From Podarcis tiliguerta (Eukaryota), in the NCBI GenBank assembly GCA_965153285.1, contig OZ229110.1: DNA of 64,000 bases; one strand, given 5' to 3'. The notes beneath the pieces are model-generated. The model saw only the letters and a list, made by a program, of their open reading frames with translations. It ran no database searches and had not been told where the DNA came from. Of this stretch, positions 1-12,570 are shown piece by piece. The stretch's first letter is position 1; each line of letters opens with the position of its first letter. The translations under genes were made by a program, and so were the position numbers.

Positions 1-10
1 TATCTAAATA

Positions 11-230
11 TTATAAGGATGGAGTTTCTTCCAGGAGTGCATGGATCTGATCTGCAACCACCCGCTTAAGAACTTTGCCCAAGGAGGAGAGATTAGCAGC
101 TGGCTGGTAGTTACTTAGATCTTCCAAATCTAGGGAGGGTTTTTTGTGGAGTAGTTTTACCACGAGCTTCTTCAAACATGCAGGACCCCTCACTCACAAG
201 GAGACATTAATCACCACCCTGGTCCAGACA
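11..230 (-). mobile_element. L2-clade LINE reverse transcriptase fragment (degenerate)
   Basis: LKKLVVKLLHKKPSLDLEDLSNYQPAANLSSLGKVLKRVVADQIHALLEET resembles the L2 motif KKPSLDPxxLxNYRPVANxxFLGKVLERVVAxQL. Confidence 0.85.
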
Positions 231-2001
231 GGGAGTGATATGAAAAGAGCTTTTTCACTCATGGAAGAGCAGATCTGTATCCAATCCAATAAGCTTTCTT
301 TCCTTCAGGTCACCTGAGTTAATTACCAGCTATTCCTAAGCTCAGTTGTTTTTTAAATCGTTTTTACTTTAATAAACAGAACACTGCTGTTAAATGCAAT
401 CTGTCATGCCTCTCAGAACATTACACATTGTCGCTTTTATATTCAATCCATCCATTTGTTACATTTACTTTACCCCACAATACCAGTGTTGTGATTGAAA
501 ATTCTACAGCACTCTACCTAAGATGATAAATTCAATTAGGAAAAAAGAGCTGGTTTTCTGTAGGCTTGCACTTGAATGCTTGATACAAGAGGGATGAACT
601 CAACAATACTGAACACCAGGTTTTACAAAAAGCAGCTACTTAGTAAAATTAACTGAACTGCCATCCTGGGTCAGTAGGCTTTAACTACTTACATCTTCAC
701 ACTCGCATGTCAATGGAGACAACAACATTAAGCAATTACAGGCCATGCACAAATGGATGCATTCTTTACTGGCCATAATTAAGTTCTCTCACAGCCATTT
801 GTCACTCTCTTAGGAAGTGGATTATATTTTCTCATGGATCTTTAACTTTATGCTCCCTACAGACTGAGAAGAAAACAAGCATTTTGAAGAATTCAGAGCT
901 AGGTTGGAGAGCTTTCCAAACACCTACAAATAAATTTGAATGGATGTAAGAAAATGGGAACTTCAGGACAGATTGTCCTTCAAGATGGCTATTGGATTTG
1001 ACTTCCCTACAGCCAATGTTAAACTCTGAGGGCAATGCATCTTGATATCCACCAAAAGTTAAGCCTAATATCCAGCAGAAGCCTATGGAATTGTTACTTG
1101 AGTTCAATATAGGAATAGTGTCTATTTATTATTATTTTTAAATCTCTTTTTGCATAGGTTACAGTCTACAAACCACTTACGCTAATGTCCTTTAGCCATC
1201 AATATACCTACTTGTGAATCACATTATTGTGTCCTTTCAGCACTGTTATAAACTGGCTGGGGGAAAATGATGGATCTCGAGTTATAATATGAAATATTGT
1301 CTCTCAGACAACAGGCACAAATTAGTAAAGAGCTGGCAAATCATGTTTGGCTTAACTAGTATAAATGAACTGATCATTTAAAACAAATGATGGTCCCAAT
1401 TACAGATGCAAGATTGCAATATTTATTCACCTTTAGCAAGGCAGTGGCATTGATCTTCCAAGAAGATAAGACAAATTAGCATCCCTTTGGACCATTCACC
1501 AAGTTTGTAAATGGAAAAAAAAAATTCCTTACAATCTAATCTCAATCAATAGAGCAAGTGCATTCAGGAAAATAAGCTTGGAAAATACCACTGGAGTCTG
1601 ATCATGAAAGATATGGTATCTCCAAGACCCACTGATTGGAACCATGCATGAAGATACTTCTATGGTTACAGTAATGAATATATCCTAACTACCAATTTGT
1701 GGGAGCCTGAAATGCTGTGTCGGAAGCAGCTGCAGTTGGCTGCTCAGAGAATGGAGGGGCCTGGGAATTGACCACAATGCAGAGGTGTAAATGTTTAAAT
1801 AAACATGGCCAAGTTCACCCAACCTTTTCCATCTTGTCTCTTTATTTCTCTGTGTGGTTGAAAAACTTGCAACCTTGGCCCAATTAAGTTGCGATGGGAG
1901 GTTTGCAAAAGAAAAATGATGCAATGAGTGGGCAGTGCCACAGTAGGGTTTGTACAAAGCTGAGCACCAACTACTGCAAATGTTACCATTATTGCATAGG
2001 G

Positions 2002-2137
2002 CAGTGATGGCCAAACTTGGCCCTCCAGCTGTTTTGGGACTACAACTCCCATCATCCCAAGCTAACAGGACCAGTGGTCAGGGATGATGGGAACTGTAGT
2101 CCCAAAACAGCTGGAGAGCCAAGTTTGGCCATCACTG
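2002..2137. mobile_element. hAT (Charlie-like) palindromic MITE, 136 bp
   Basis: TIR CAGTGATGGCCAAACTTGG...CCAAGTTTGGCCATCACTG; perfect 8-bp TSD GCATAGGG at 1994-2001 and 2138-2145; whole element folds back. Confidence 0.92.
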
Positions 2138-2959
2138 GCATAGGGTATTCATTGTAGGTAAAGGTGCTTTTGGCTTGTTTCTCATTATAGCTCTAAAAGA
2201 CTTGCCAGTCCCAAAGGGTAAAGCAAGGAAGGCTCTAGAACTGCTAGAAGAAGCCACATGGGAGCCAGCAATGAGCCACAGAAAAATATTGCGTTTGTGA
2301 TAGAACCAGAAACAAAAGACTACAGAAGGAAAGTCAGAAAATGCTGCAAAATGAAGATGGTTATTTGCTCTAAAAACATGCTTATTCAGAGTGGTGCTTT
2401 TTTGGGGGGTGGGGGGCTTGTTCCTTCTACTTTAAGAAGATCCATAACGTTTGAAAACCAGAAATGTTCCACTTGTGTGACTACCAATATTTTTCATCCT
2501 TTCATGAATTTAAACCCTTCTATTTCTGAATGTGAAGCATTGCAGCTGTACACCCCAAAGATCTGAGAAGAATCCTTTTCTGTCTTGTTTCAAAGGGTCT
2601 CCAACAAAGAAGTCAGCTGTTACATATTTATCATCCCATTATGTGGCTTTGGTCTTACCAATTTGACTCACAGAAATGTTTGGTGGAGAACCTACAGATC
2701 AATATATGAACATCCCAACAATGTAAATTTCACACCACCAGGTTAGAATATATTTATTCCCTGCTGTGAAGGTATGTCCTTTATCAAGTAAATTAGGTCA
2801 TTCATGAGAAATATTTATTTTGTACTAACCATTTCCTTTGGGTGGCGGGGGAGGGGGATCAATACACTGTATGTTATCCTGTGACAGGCCTGCTCCCTCT
2901 CTCTGAGCAAACAAAGGTCTAAAATCTTATTTACTGTATCACCATCTTAAGGTTTCTTG

Positions 2960-3229
2960 AAGTGCCCTTTAGATATACCTCCAGCTGTGTGAAAGCTGCT
3001 GTTTTTTGAATCAATCCCATGTGACTATGGGCTGTATCTGAATCACACATCCACATGTGCAGGGTCCAGTCATGTGGGTCTTTCTCACAGAATCAATATC
3101 ATACATTTGACTCTCATGAAACCAGCTCTGCTGGCATGGTTGCAGCTGTGAGGCATAGCCCCAGTCCCATGTGATAAATTCATGAAAGAGCTGCTGTCAC
3201 ACAGCTGGAAAGTTACTTCAAGGGCACTT
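2960..3229. repeat. ~270-bp imperfect fold-back element (old MITE-like)
   Basis: ~80-bp arms are reverse complements: AAGTGCCCTT..CCAGCTGTGTGA..TGAAT..ATGTGACT versus AGTCCCAT..ATTCA..TCACACAGCTGG..AAGGGCACTT. Confidence 0.7.
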
Positions 3230-4372
3230 GGCTGATTAATGCAGTGGACTTGGGTCACATTTTAGCCTACAGTGGCTTGTAGCAGTTACGTGATCACTGT
3301 TTTCTTCTGCTTCTTACATTTTGGAGAGAGAGAGAGAGAGAATATGAAAAAGAGAAATATACAAAGGAAACACAGGGAGCCATTTAGTTCAAAATTAAAG
3401 GTGGGTCTCTAGTAGATGTCAGCAGTGGAACCCACATCTGAAACCACTGAAAGTCCAATGTAGACATTACAGTTCTAATCTGAGTGTCACTCCTAGACAC
3501 TAAACTTATATTTGATCCAGGCAAATTAAACCCAAAGCCTACAACTTTAAATTGGATAATTAAATAAACATTTAAGCCTCTCTCACCAGAATCAGTAGAA
3601 TTCAAAAGGGTTTACACAGCTGGTGACAATTTGCCTTCTAAATGAACTAAATTTTAGAAACTTTCTGTACATTCTTTGTACTCAGCGAGTTACCTGGATC
3701 ACACATTAGGTCTTAACTTATATCCAGGTATGAAAAGCACTCAAATGAATAGTTCTGCCTTTGGAAAATACAACCAGTGAGACTGCCCTAATGGAGATAA
3801 GACTACAACAGTGCAAATGAGAATCAAGTGCTTGCATTATGCCCCACCCCACACGCTGCTGAAGGTCGGTTTTGTTCTATTACTGTATTCAAGTATTCAT
3901 ACAGCTAATATATGCCAATGTATTATTTTCTATATAAATTGATCAACAGAACAGACAGGTCAGAGTTAAAATCAGAGTTAAGGCTATATCATGGAGGGCT
4001 GTCGTGTCTGTTGGGCAGGGTTAGATATACTTGCACAGGTTTCTGTGACTCCAAAAAGCTTAGTGAGCACCTTTTGTATTCCTTAATTAAAGCAATAGGT
4101 TTTACACAGAGAATTCCATATGTGGTTCCCTCTACAGGTACTTCAGCACTGGTAGGACCTTGGGCTTTATTTTTCAATCTGGCCGCGCTCTGCACTATCT
4201 GCCAGTTCTTTGTTCTCCACAGACTTCCATGAGCCAGGAAAACTCTATTAACTTTTGAACTCTTACTCATGACTTTGCCAAAGCAATGCAGGATTGCGCT
4301 CCACAATACACCCGAACAAAGTACGTTACAAAAATTGGAAAGAAATACAGTATATGATATGCTTTCTTGGGA

Positions 4373-4397
4373 GTGTGTGTGTGTGTGTGTGTGTGTG
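4373..4397. repeat. (GT)n microsatellite
   Basis: Visible tandem repeat. Confidence 0.9.
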
Positions 4398-5822
4398 AAG
4401 GAAAGTGTCAATTTTTAGCACTTTTAAATTTGTTGTACCTGTGGCATCTTTTTAGATTGGTTGGCTATATGGCACACTCATAGAATTAATCAAGAAGATC
4501 GTGTACGCCAAGCTTCAAGCTTCAAATAGCTCAACCGCTGCCATTTTTATAAACCTTTAGAATCTTGAGTCTTGTAATGGTGGAAAGTTGTTTTTCCTGC
4601 TTGCCTTAACTACCGGACTACTCTTGTATGCCTGTAATTTTAATATAATGAAGTGGATGGGTGAACTAGTCTTTACTGTTGCAGGACACTTAAGTGAAAC
4701 AGCTCTCCAGTATTTCCAGTTTAAAACACAATAAACATTTGATTAAAGTTATTTACCCAGATAAATGCATGGAAATTAACCAATGCCAATACGCCAGGGT
4801 TTCATAATTAATTTCCAGCATTCCAGAAGCTGGCTGTTTTGGAACACTTTTAATAGCTTAAAACTAGAACATACCAAAGCCTTACTTTACGCCTTTGATA
4901 AAGCAAATAAACCTGGTTTTCCTAGTTTCTTTGTGTCAATCCATCCCCCCCTTACTTTCAGGTGGGTAGTAAGTTTCTGAAAATTTAGGGAAAACAAAGA
5001 ATGTGTCACAAGGGCAGCTATGTGTAGAAAAGAAATTGAGGCAAGGGCAACCCAGACAACCCCAAAAGCCGTAGAAAGCAACTGATGTTACAGAAAAAGT
5101 AGCATCACTTAATGAAGATTCCTCTTGCAAATGATCTGCTGTATTTGTGGGAGGCTCAAACAGGTGACAAAAACAAATCCTTCTACATAGTGACAGAATA
5201 GATATCCTCCTTCAAACTGACGGCATAGATAATCAGCTTGCAGCAGGTGGACTGCTCAAGAGGGATGATGAGGGCAAACCATCTGCCCTAAGATAGACTT
5301 GCTTTGCCTTTGTAAACAAGTCAGTCCTCAGCTGTGATGCCACGCTCTTGCTATCTTACATCTCTGTACAAAGCCATATTTTGCAGGAGCAGTAGGCATA
5401 GTGAAGAAAATAGACAAAGATAAATTATTCATCAGGCATCTGTCTATCCACTTGCTTTTCTTCTGAATATAGAAAATTATTTGATTCTTGGACCTACTGC
5501 AGAGAGAGAAAGGAAAAGGAAAGGGGGATAGGAGAAACAAACCTTTCTGACAATTGTCTATTGTGACAACTGTTTGAAAGTGGGGTCTCCAATTTTCCCT
5601 TTACAATTTATCTATCTATCTGTTATGAAAACCAGGGTATACGCATCTTTATAAATTGGAACTTCACCAGAAATGCTTATGGGCTTCCCCATATTCTAGT
5701 CTGATTCTTCCACTGCAGTGAATGGTAAAGCCTTTGAGTACACCATTAGCTTCTCATTTGTGCATGAAAGGGACAGCCAAATCGTTATCCATTCTGGATC
5801 CTTTAGAATCGACAGCATAGAT

Positions 5823-6038
5823 CAGGGGTTGTCAACCTATTTGGTCCATGAGCACATTTGCAGAACAGAAAATAGTTGCAAGCATCACACACACACACAC
5901 ACACACACACAATTCTATTGGCAATAAGAGAATGCCTCTTTCAAGCCTAATTTCAGCAAGGGGAGGAGACCCCCTGGGCACCATGGACAGCTCCTGCAGG
6001 CGCATGTGTGTCCATGTGCACCACCTTGGAAACCCCTG
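5823..6038. mobile_element. hAT non-autonomous element containing (CA)n
   Basis: Ends CAGGGGTTGTCAA and TTGGAAACCCCTG; 8-bp TSD GCATAGAT/GCATAAAT (7/8 match). Confidence 0.8.
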
Positions 6039-6194
6039 GCATAAATGTGCAAACAAATAATGCTACCTCCAAGGCTCTACGCTTCTAATTGTGGAATCCG
6101 GAACTCTATATCACTGCAGTACAACCTCAACCTTCTTTTCATCATTTCGTACCAATTATTTATTTATAGGTAATACAAGTAATTTCTAGCATAC

Positions 6195-6361
6195 CTTCCT
6201 TTAACTTGTGTGTTTCCTCCAGTGTGATCTGGGCACAGTATACTTCCCGGACCTGTACCCCACCTCCACAAAGGGCTGAGTGCTTATGGTGTCGGGGGTC
6301 CTGCTGTTCTAGGAGGAGAGTGACGTCACATCCTTTCCATTCAGATGTTCTCCATGAATAT
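6195..6361 (-). CDS. THSD7B: THSD7B coding exon (~exon 5, 167 nt, phase 2-1); not in ORF track
   Basis: Manual translation (R)YSWRTSEWKGCDVTLLLEQQDPRHHKHSALCGGGVQVREVYCAQITLEETHKLKE matches remembered human YSWRTSEWKECQVSLLLEQQDP...CGGGIQTREVYCAQ. Acceptor ttttctgcaag|A, donor GAAG|gtatgc. Confidence 0.93.
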
Positions 6362-6874
6362 CTTGCAGAAAATCACAAATATTAATTCATGTAAAAACGT
6401 GTTTGTTATAAGTAGCTAACAAATTATTGAGGCTGCAATCCTAAAGACACTTGTTGGGAATAAATCCCATCAAACACAAAAGGACTTACTTTGGATTCCT
6501 CTGCACGTCTCGGTATTCCCCAAATCAAAACGCAACTGCCAGAAAAATTGCTAAGGGAATAAAATTCCCACAATACTTACAGTTTATCTGTAAATAAGAA
6601 AAGCTATACATTTTTCTTTCTTTTTAAAAATAACTCTGAAGCCTGAAAAAAACACTTTAAAGGACTGAATAGAATCCAGCTGCTGCCTTTGTGCTCAAGA
6701 AAGGGGCTTTTGATCCAGTGGTTGCTGTCATTAATAGATGAGGGACAATATTTGTCCATTTGTTCTCCCCTCCGCAGTCTTCACTACCACCCAAAACAGT
6801 TTCATGATATTAGGATACACATTCAGGCATGCTCCATTTCAGTGTGAATTAAACAATTATACTTAACATGAATA

Positions 6875-7310
6875 ACATGGGGGACTTTGTCAAAAGCCTT
6901 GAAATCAAGAGACACTACGTCCACAGCATTCCTCTGGTTCCACTAAGCTTGTAACGCTATCAAAAAAGAAATGAGATTCGTCTGGTATGACTTATTCTTG
7001 AGAAACCCATGCTGGGTCTTAATAATCACAGCAGCCTTTTTTAAGTGCTCAGAGATCAACTGTTTAATTATCTGTTCTAGGATCTTTCCTGGTATCAATG
7101 TTCACTGGTCAATCAAGCTCACTGGTCAGTAGTTATCTAGGTCTTCTTTGTTTGCCCACTTTCAGTCCTCAGGGACCTCACCTGTTCTCCAAAAATTCTC
7201 AAAGATTATAGGCTCTGAGATTGCACCTGCAAGCTCCTTTAGTACCCCTGGGTGCAGCTCATCTGGCCCTGGAGATCTGAATTCATTTAAAATAGCTAGG
7301 TGTTCCCTTA
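6875..7310 (-). mobile_element. CR1 LINE ORF2 (RT) fragment, frameshifted
   Basis: Minus-strand pieces: LNEFRSPGPDELHPGVLKELA, RTGEVPED, IPGKILEQIIKQ, QHGFLKNKSYQTNLISF, KAFDKVPH. Confidence 0.9.
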
Positions 7311-10300
7311 CTACCAACAGGCAACCAAAAGCACCAACTCAATTCCACACACTTTCTTCATATCCCAATAAACAAGAAACTACTAGTGCTGCCATTGGTT
7401 TCATTTTGCTTATTCAAAATATTTGTATTCCATAATTTAACTATGGTGGCCTTTATGGCACTTGACAAAGTCAATTTAAAGCACTATAATATACCAACAA
7501 TAAATGGGCTAAAGAGGCAGGGAGTAATAAGGTACACAGCAATTAAAAAGCAACGAAATTACCATTAAAAGCTGAAGAAAACAATGCAAACTTAGTCTGA
7601 GATTTAAGCAGTAAATCTCAGGCTACATAAATATATGTGTGTAAAATGCACACACACCCTTTTAACAGCCCTGGGCAGTACTAGGTGGACTCAATTCGAC
7701 CCAGGGTGATCTGGGATTCCTTCAACTGAATCCAGGTAAATTCCAGGTCAACCAGAATAGGTTTGGGATCTGGGTCAATCTGGTGCACACTATTGGTGCT
7801 ACTATTGATTAATTATTATGAGCACCAGTGTTTCAGACAGTCTTTCATAAAGTAAAATATTCCAGCAAATTGTTCCAGACTCAAATTATTTACAAAAATA
7901 ATAATAATGGAAAATGAAGTTGATGCTTATACTTCTCAGCATCAGCTTAAATTATCCAAACTATCAGTGTCTATTTTGAAAGGTCTTTAGAATTCTGTAC
8001 TGCATGAAGATGCTTACAAAAGTACTGATTACTTCTAATTCACAGTACTTTTTAAATGAACTGTCATTCTCTCATTTAAATACACACTGTTTTGTGTGCA
8101 GTTGGGAAGACAGACAAAATTTATTATTAGGAAAAAGAAAAGAACAAACAAAGGAACAGAATCTCTGCAAGACAGCCTTCTTACATGACAAATATGACAT
8201 TGTCCTCCCACAATACATAAAATCAGAATAGGAGGTGTAACTTTTCGTAGGTGTAACTTTAAAAAAAAAAACCCCTCCTTAACGTGGCTTATCTTTTCTT
8301 CCATACAGACAATTTCAATTCTGAAGTAGTTAGCTGAACAGCAACAAGGCAAAGTACTGTGTTTTGTTTCCCATCACATTAATGTCACATTTCTCAGGGC
8401 TAAATGGAAACCGATTTATAACACCAAATGCCTAAGGGCAGGTACACACTCTCATTTAGTCACTAACAACTCTTGCTTTAAGTAGATGTGTGTTGATTTA
8501 AATTAGTGTTTAGGCAAATAAGCAAAGAGTCACTGCAGGTGTGAACCCCATTGAAAATGTTTAGCATTGTTGAAGCACAGACGGACAGCAGAATCAGGGC
8601 TGTGTAGCACACTTCTAAACTAGAAAGAGAAAAACATTAAAATGGTACAACAAAGTTTAGGCTGAAATCCTATGGGCCATCGGAGAACATCTCAAGGAGC
8701 CTTAAGAGTATGAAGAGTGAAATTTGTGAATAAAGATGAAGGTATGCCCACAGAAGCATCCTCTTTTCAGCTGTGGAAACATCTGTAGATGTTTCTTCTC
8801 CTCCACTGCCAGTGTTCTGATGAAGGAGACAGTAAAAGGGAGATGAATCAAGGTGGGACCTGAATCAAGGTGGATCCATGGAAGCTTCAGATTTGCAAAA
8901 TGCAAAGCCCTCCCTCTCCTGCAATGTGCTGAAACTCAGGTAGGCGCCATTGCTATTATAAGGGAGCAGGGGAGGCATTCATGGTGAGTTCTGACACCTC
9001 TTTTTCTAGAAAAATAGCACTGCTGATGCTGAGCAGCAAAGCACAAACAAGGAAGGAAGTCTGGGCATGATTCTTTATGTTTGGTTAACTGAATTTTCAC
9101 ATAACAAGTGGGTGGATAGCGGGACCTGTGTGTATATGACAAAAGTAAGCAGAGAAGCACTTTCTAGTTAACCCACAAGTATGGAATATTGATGTAGATC
9201 TGTTTTAATCTCTCCATGCCCCTCAACCGGAAAGCAAAAAAAATACCAGACAAAAAACCATAGATAGGAGGTTGGAGTGTCATATAGAGTGGTACTGTGT
9301 CATACAGAGGATAGTCTTCTGAAGTCATCCTCTAGCTGAAGTGCTGTCTGGCCCAAATCTGATGATGATCATGATTATTCTCTGCTCATCTGACTGGGTT
9401 CTTTTTAAAGACTAAATAGCATAAGAAGGGAGAGCAGGTTTGCACTTGGACAGCAGACTTGGCACCTAATCACAGTCTTGCTTACACCAGTGCATCTCTC
9501 TTTATCATAATTATTTATAAAGTGGTATCTACACATATGCACGTTTATGCAAATCTGTACCCTTCTTTTTTAGCAATGCGTTTCATCTTTGGGGTGATGT
9601 GCAAGTGGCCACCCATACAACACATCAGACACAACAAAATACTTCAACCTTGGACCATTGTTCATGCCTCACATTTTATGTCTCCTGCTATTGATAAAAA
9701 TTGTAGGAAGATGCTGCAGATACAAATCTCTTTCCTCATTCCTTAGCTGGCGGCTGGTATATTTCAGTCACATGACTGTCATGCGTAACAACGCATTGTG
9801 CACAGAGAACAAAATCAGTCATGCAATCTACCCTTTTGTCTTACTGATTGACATGAATTGGGGATGGAAAAGTAAAAAATCAGCATACAAGAGCTCACCC
9901 CACCCCACAAGATCTAATCAAGCAACAAATGTAAGTGCCCTCTCTCTTCTACTGATAGCAAGACATACATGGATGATGAGCAGGCTGCTGATTTTGAAGT
10001 AACACAATTGTATAGTGCACACCACACTCACAACCTCTGCACTGTTTTTCCCCCTCAGAAAGATTTTGTAAGTATTACACCACCTGTTTCAGAAGAGCCA
10101 GGAGCAGATAGCAAAATTCAGGGCTCTTTTCAATACAACAATAATCTAAGTATATGAAACTTTTAAAAGGCACTTGAAACTACAACCACTCAAGAAAAAC
10201 TTCTGCCATTATGATAGAATGAAGACTCTTGAAGCTAAATCACCAGATAGAAATTAAAGAAATGAACTAAATACGAGCACCAAGCTCAACAATGATATGA

Positions 10301-10326
10301 CCAATCCTAAGGAAATATATCTATTA

Positions 10327-10511
10327 TAGGGTAGCCATACATAGCCAGAATAGGGCAGTGTGAAACAATGTCCGGGCGGAAATTGCTGAAATGTTTGGGA
10401 AAATCCAGATGTCTTGCAAAACTAAAAAAAGCCCAACAACTTTGTCCAAAGAAAACCAAAACTAAACTTAATGTGTCCAGATTTTCACTTTTTGAAATAT
10501 GGCAACCACTA
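10327..10511. mobile_element. hAT (Tip100-like) non-autonomous element
   Basis: TIR TAGGGTAGCCATA / TATGGCAACCACTA; 8-bp TSD ATCTATTA/ATCTATGA. Confidence 0.8.
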
Positions 10512-11295
10512 ATCTATGATAAGAGCAGAAGTCAATTCTATGACTTCTATGACAAGCTACAAACTTGTCTGCAAAGGATCCAACCCCTTGCCTGCATACA
10601 AGACAGTATATGCACAGTTGTGCATATTAGAAACTGCAGGGTGGGGTGAGGTGGGGGTGGCAGTATAGAAATCATTTTGAGCATGCTCCTCTCTGCATTT
10701 GGGTGGGTAGCTTGGAAAATGACCACATTGTCTTCCTTATACACCTTTGCAAAGCATAGATGCCCAGCATGCTGCTGTAGCAGCTTCCATTCTGTAAACA
10801 TGAATCTGCATGGCTTCTAAACCCATAAATCTAACATTACTGTCTGAAAACAGTGCAGCTGAACCACCCTGCTACATGACCAGCTGCTATAGGTGACTGC
10901 TGTTTGTTTGTTTGGTTAACCATGTCAAACTGCACAGCAGGTTTCACTTAAATAACCCTTTCTGTTTTCCCACTTTCTGCAAACGAGTAGCTAGATTTCT
11001 AGCCTACTACACAAACCTTCAATTACATTCAAATCCTAACGTGACTTTCATCTTGACAATCTTCACATTTCCCTGGGGACACTTTCAGACATAGCAACAA
11101 ACCATAGTTCGTCATAACAAGAAGGCAATGCAGTGAGTCAAGACTGCACACACCTTCCTGTACACATGGAATATAAAGTTCCTGGTCAACTTCACACCAG
11201 GTACCCTGCAAATCTGGAGCTGGATTTTACATGGCCACAACCTCCCCTTTGATGCCTCTGTCCCTTCTGCCCACCTTCTGTGTCACCAATAGGGC

Positions 11296-11691
11296 TGTCA
11301 GGACTGATGCTGCTGGGAACGGGAATAAGAATAAAAGAGGCAGACCGCAGAGAGCAGCTCACCAAAAGCTGTTGACTTCCTGTCCCTATAACACAGGAGC
11401 AATGATGTCAGGTGACCTGTTTTTGCCTGCACAGCTTGCTCAGTGTTCTCTTAGCATTGACAAGCAGCTAACAGTTGGTTCTTGGCAAGCACTGTGCAAG
11501 ACGCTTTGCAGGCACTGCCAATCAGCTGACCAATCAGCAAAGCATCTTTCATCCAAAACCCATCTTAACCTGCCATACACCTGATGATTAGGTCTGTGGG
11601 CTGGCAGTCCCACCCAGGACCATCTAAGATGGTCGAAGACAAGCAATTTATGTGGCTGTATTTCAAGTCACTCTTGCTCTCGGTGCTGACA
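11296..11691. mobile_element. possible degraded solo LTR
   Basis: Termini TGTCAG...CTGACA, ~400 bp; no convincing TSD. Confidence 0.3.
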
Positions 11692-11760
11692 GAGGGAATG
11701 GAGAGAGTAAAATGGGGTTCTCTTTAAAAGATGCCACAGAGGGAGTCAGAGAGAGTGCAC

Positions 11761-12263
11761 TGTGACATTAACATATGAGAGTGCTGGAGGTGAAATAGTT
11801 GAACAGGTTTCCCAATCAGAACCCAGGGGGGTAGAGTCAGAGGGACTATAAAAACAGCTCTGGGAGAGGCGAAGGGAGGAATTCGTTGGGAGTTGAGTGG
11901 TTGGTTGAAGTGGGAGAGATTTGGGATAGAGTCTGTGGGTAGGTTGAGTTCGTGTAGTGAAACAAGCTGAGTCAGGAACAGTTAGGAGTTAGGAAAGCAA
12001 GTAAATAACTGAGAGGTGGTTTAGTGAGTGAGAGCAGGTAGCAGAAGTTATAGGTCTGGATAGGCACCCCATGATTGTAATTGACCAATACTGTTTATGA
12101 AACCAAATGCTTGTTAAACTGCAATAAATAAACAGAAGTTTATGTTCCAATTTAACCCTGACTGGACTCAGTATTGTACCAGGGTGGTGGCAGCGAGAAA
12201 TAAAGTGGTGGCACAGGGATCAATAGATGTTGAAACGTCCGGGGACCCTGTGTGATCGCCACA
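11761..12263 (+). mobile_element. solo LTR (503 bp) with 5-bp TSD
   Basis: Termini TGTGAC...GCCACA; TSD TGCAC at 11756-11760 and 12264-12268; CCAAT 11812, TATAAAAA 11847, AATAAA 12123. Confidence 0.85.
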
Positions 12264-12449
12264 TGCACATGCATGCACATGTAAAGACATACACACAGAT
12301 GTACAAACAAATCTGCACTGAGGCATGCCCTCACTCTGCGCTCACTGGGCCACAGGCCAAGCAAGCAATACCAGATGAACAAAAGTTACTAAAACATCCA
12401 ATGTATTTGAGGTTCAGACCCCCTTTGAATAAAGGAAAAATGAAGGCAA

Positions 12450-12562
12450 GGATGTTTAACAGACCACTGTATTTTAATATTTTGTTGGAAGCCGCCAAGA
12501 GTGGCTGGGGAAACCCAGCCAGATGGGTGGGGTATAAATAATATAATATGATGATGATGATG
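12450..12562 (+). mobile_element. L2-type LINE 3' end with ATA/ATG tandem tail
   Basis: GGAAGCCGCCAAGAGTGGCTGGGGAAACCCAGCCAGATGGGTGGGGTATAAATAA plus tail; the same sequence occurs inverted at 29651-29712 and ~63146-63186. Confidence 0.8.
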
Positions 12563-12570
12563 GAATCTAC

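Noticed and set aside
3989-4411. 140-aa minus-strand ORF as the next THSD7B exon
   Set aside because: No TSP1 Cys/Trp pattern, starts in a (CA)n repeat, no resemblance to the expected next exon.
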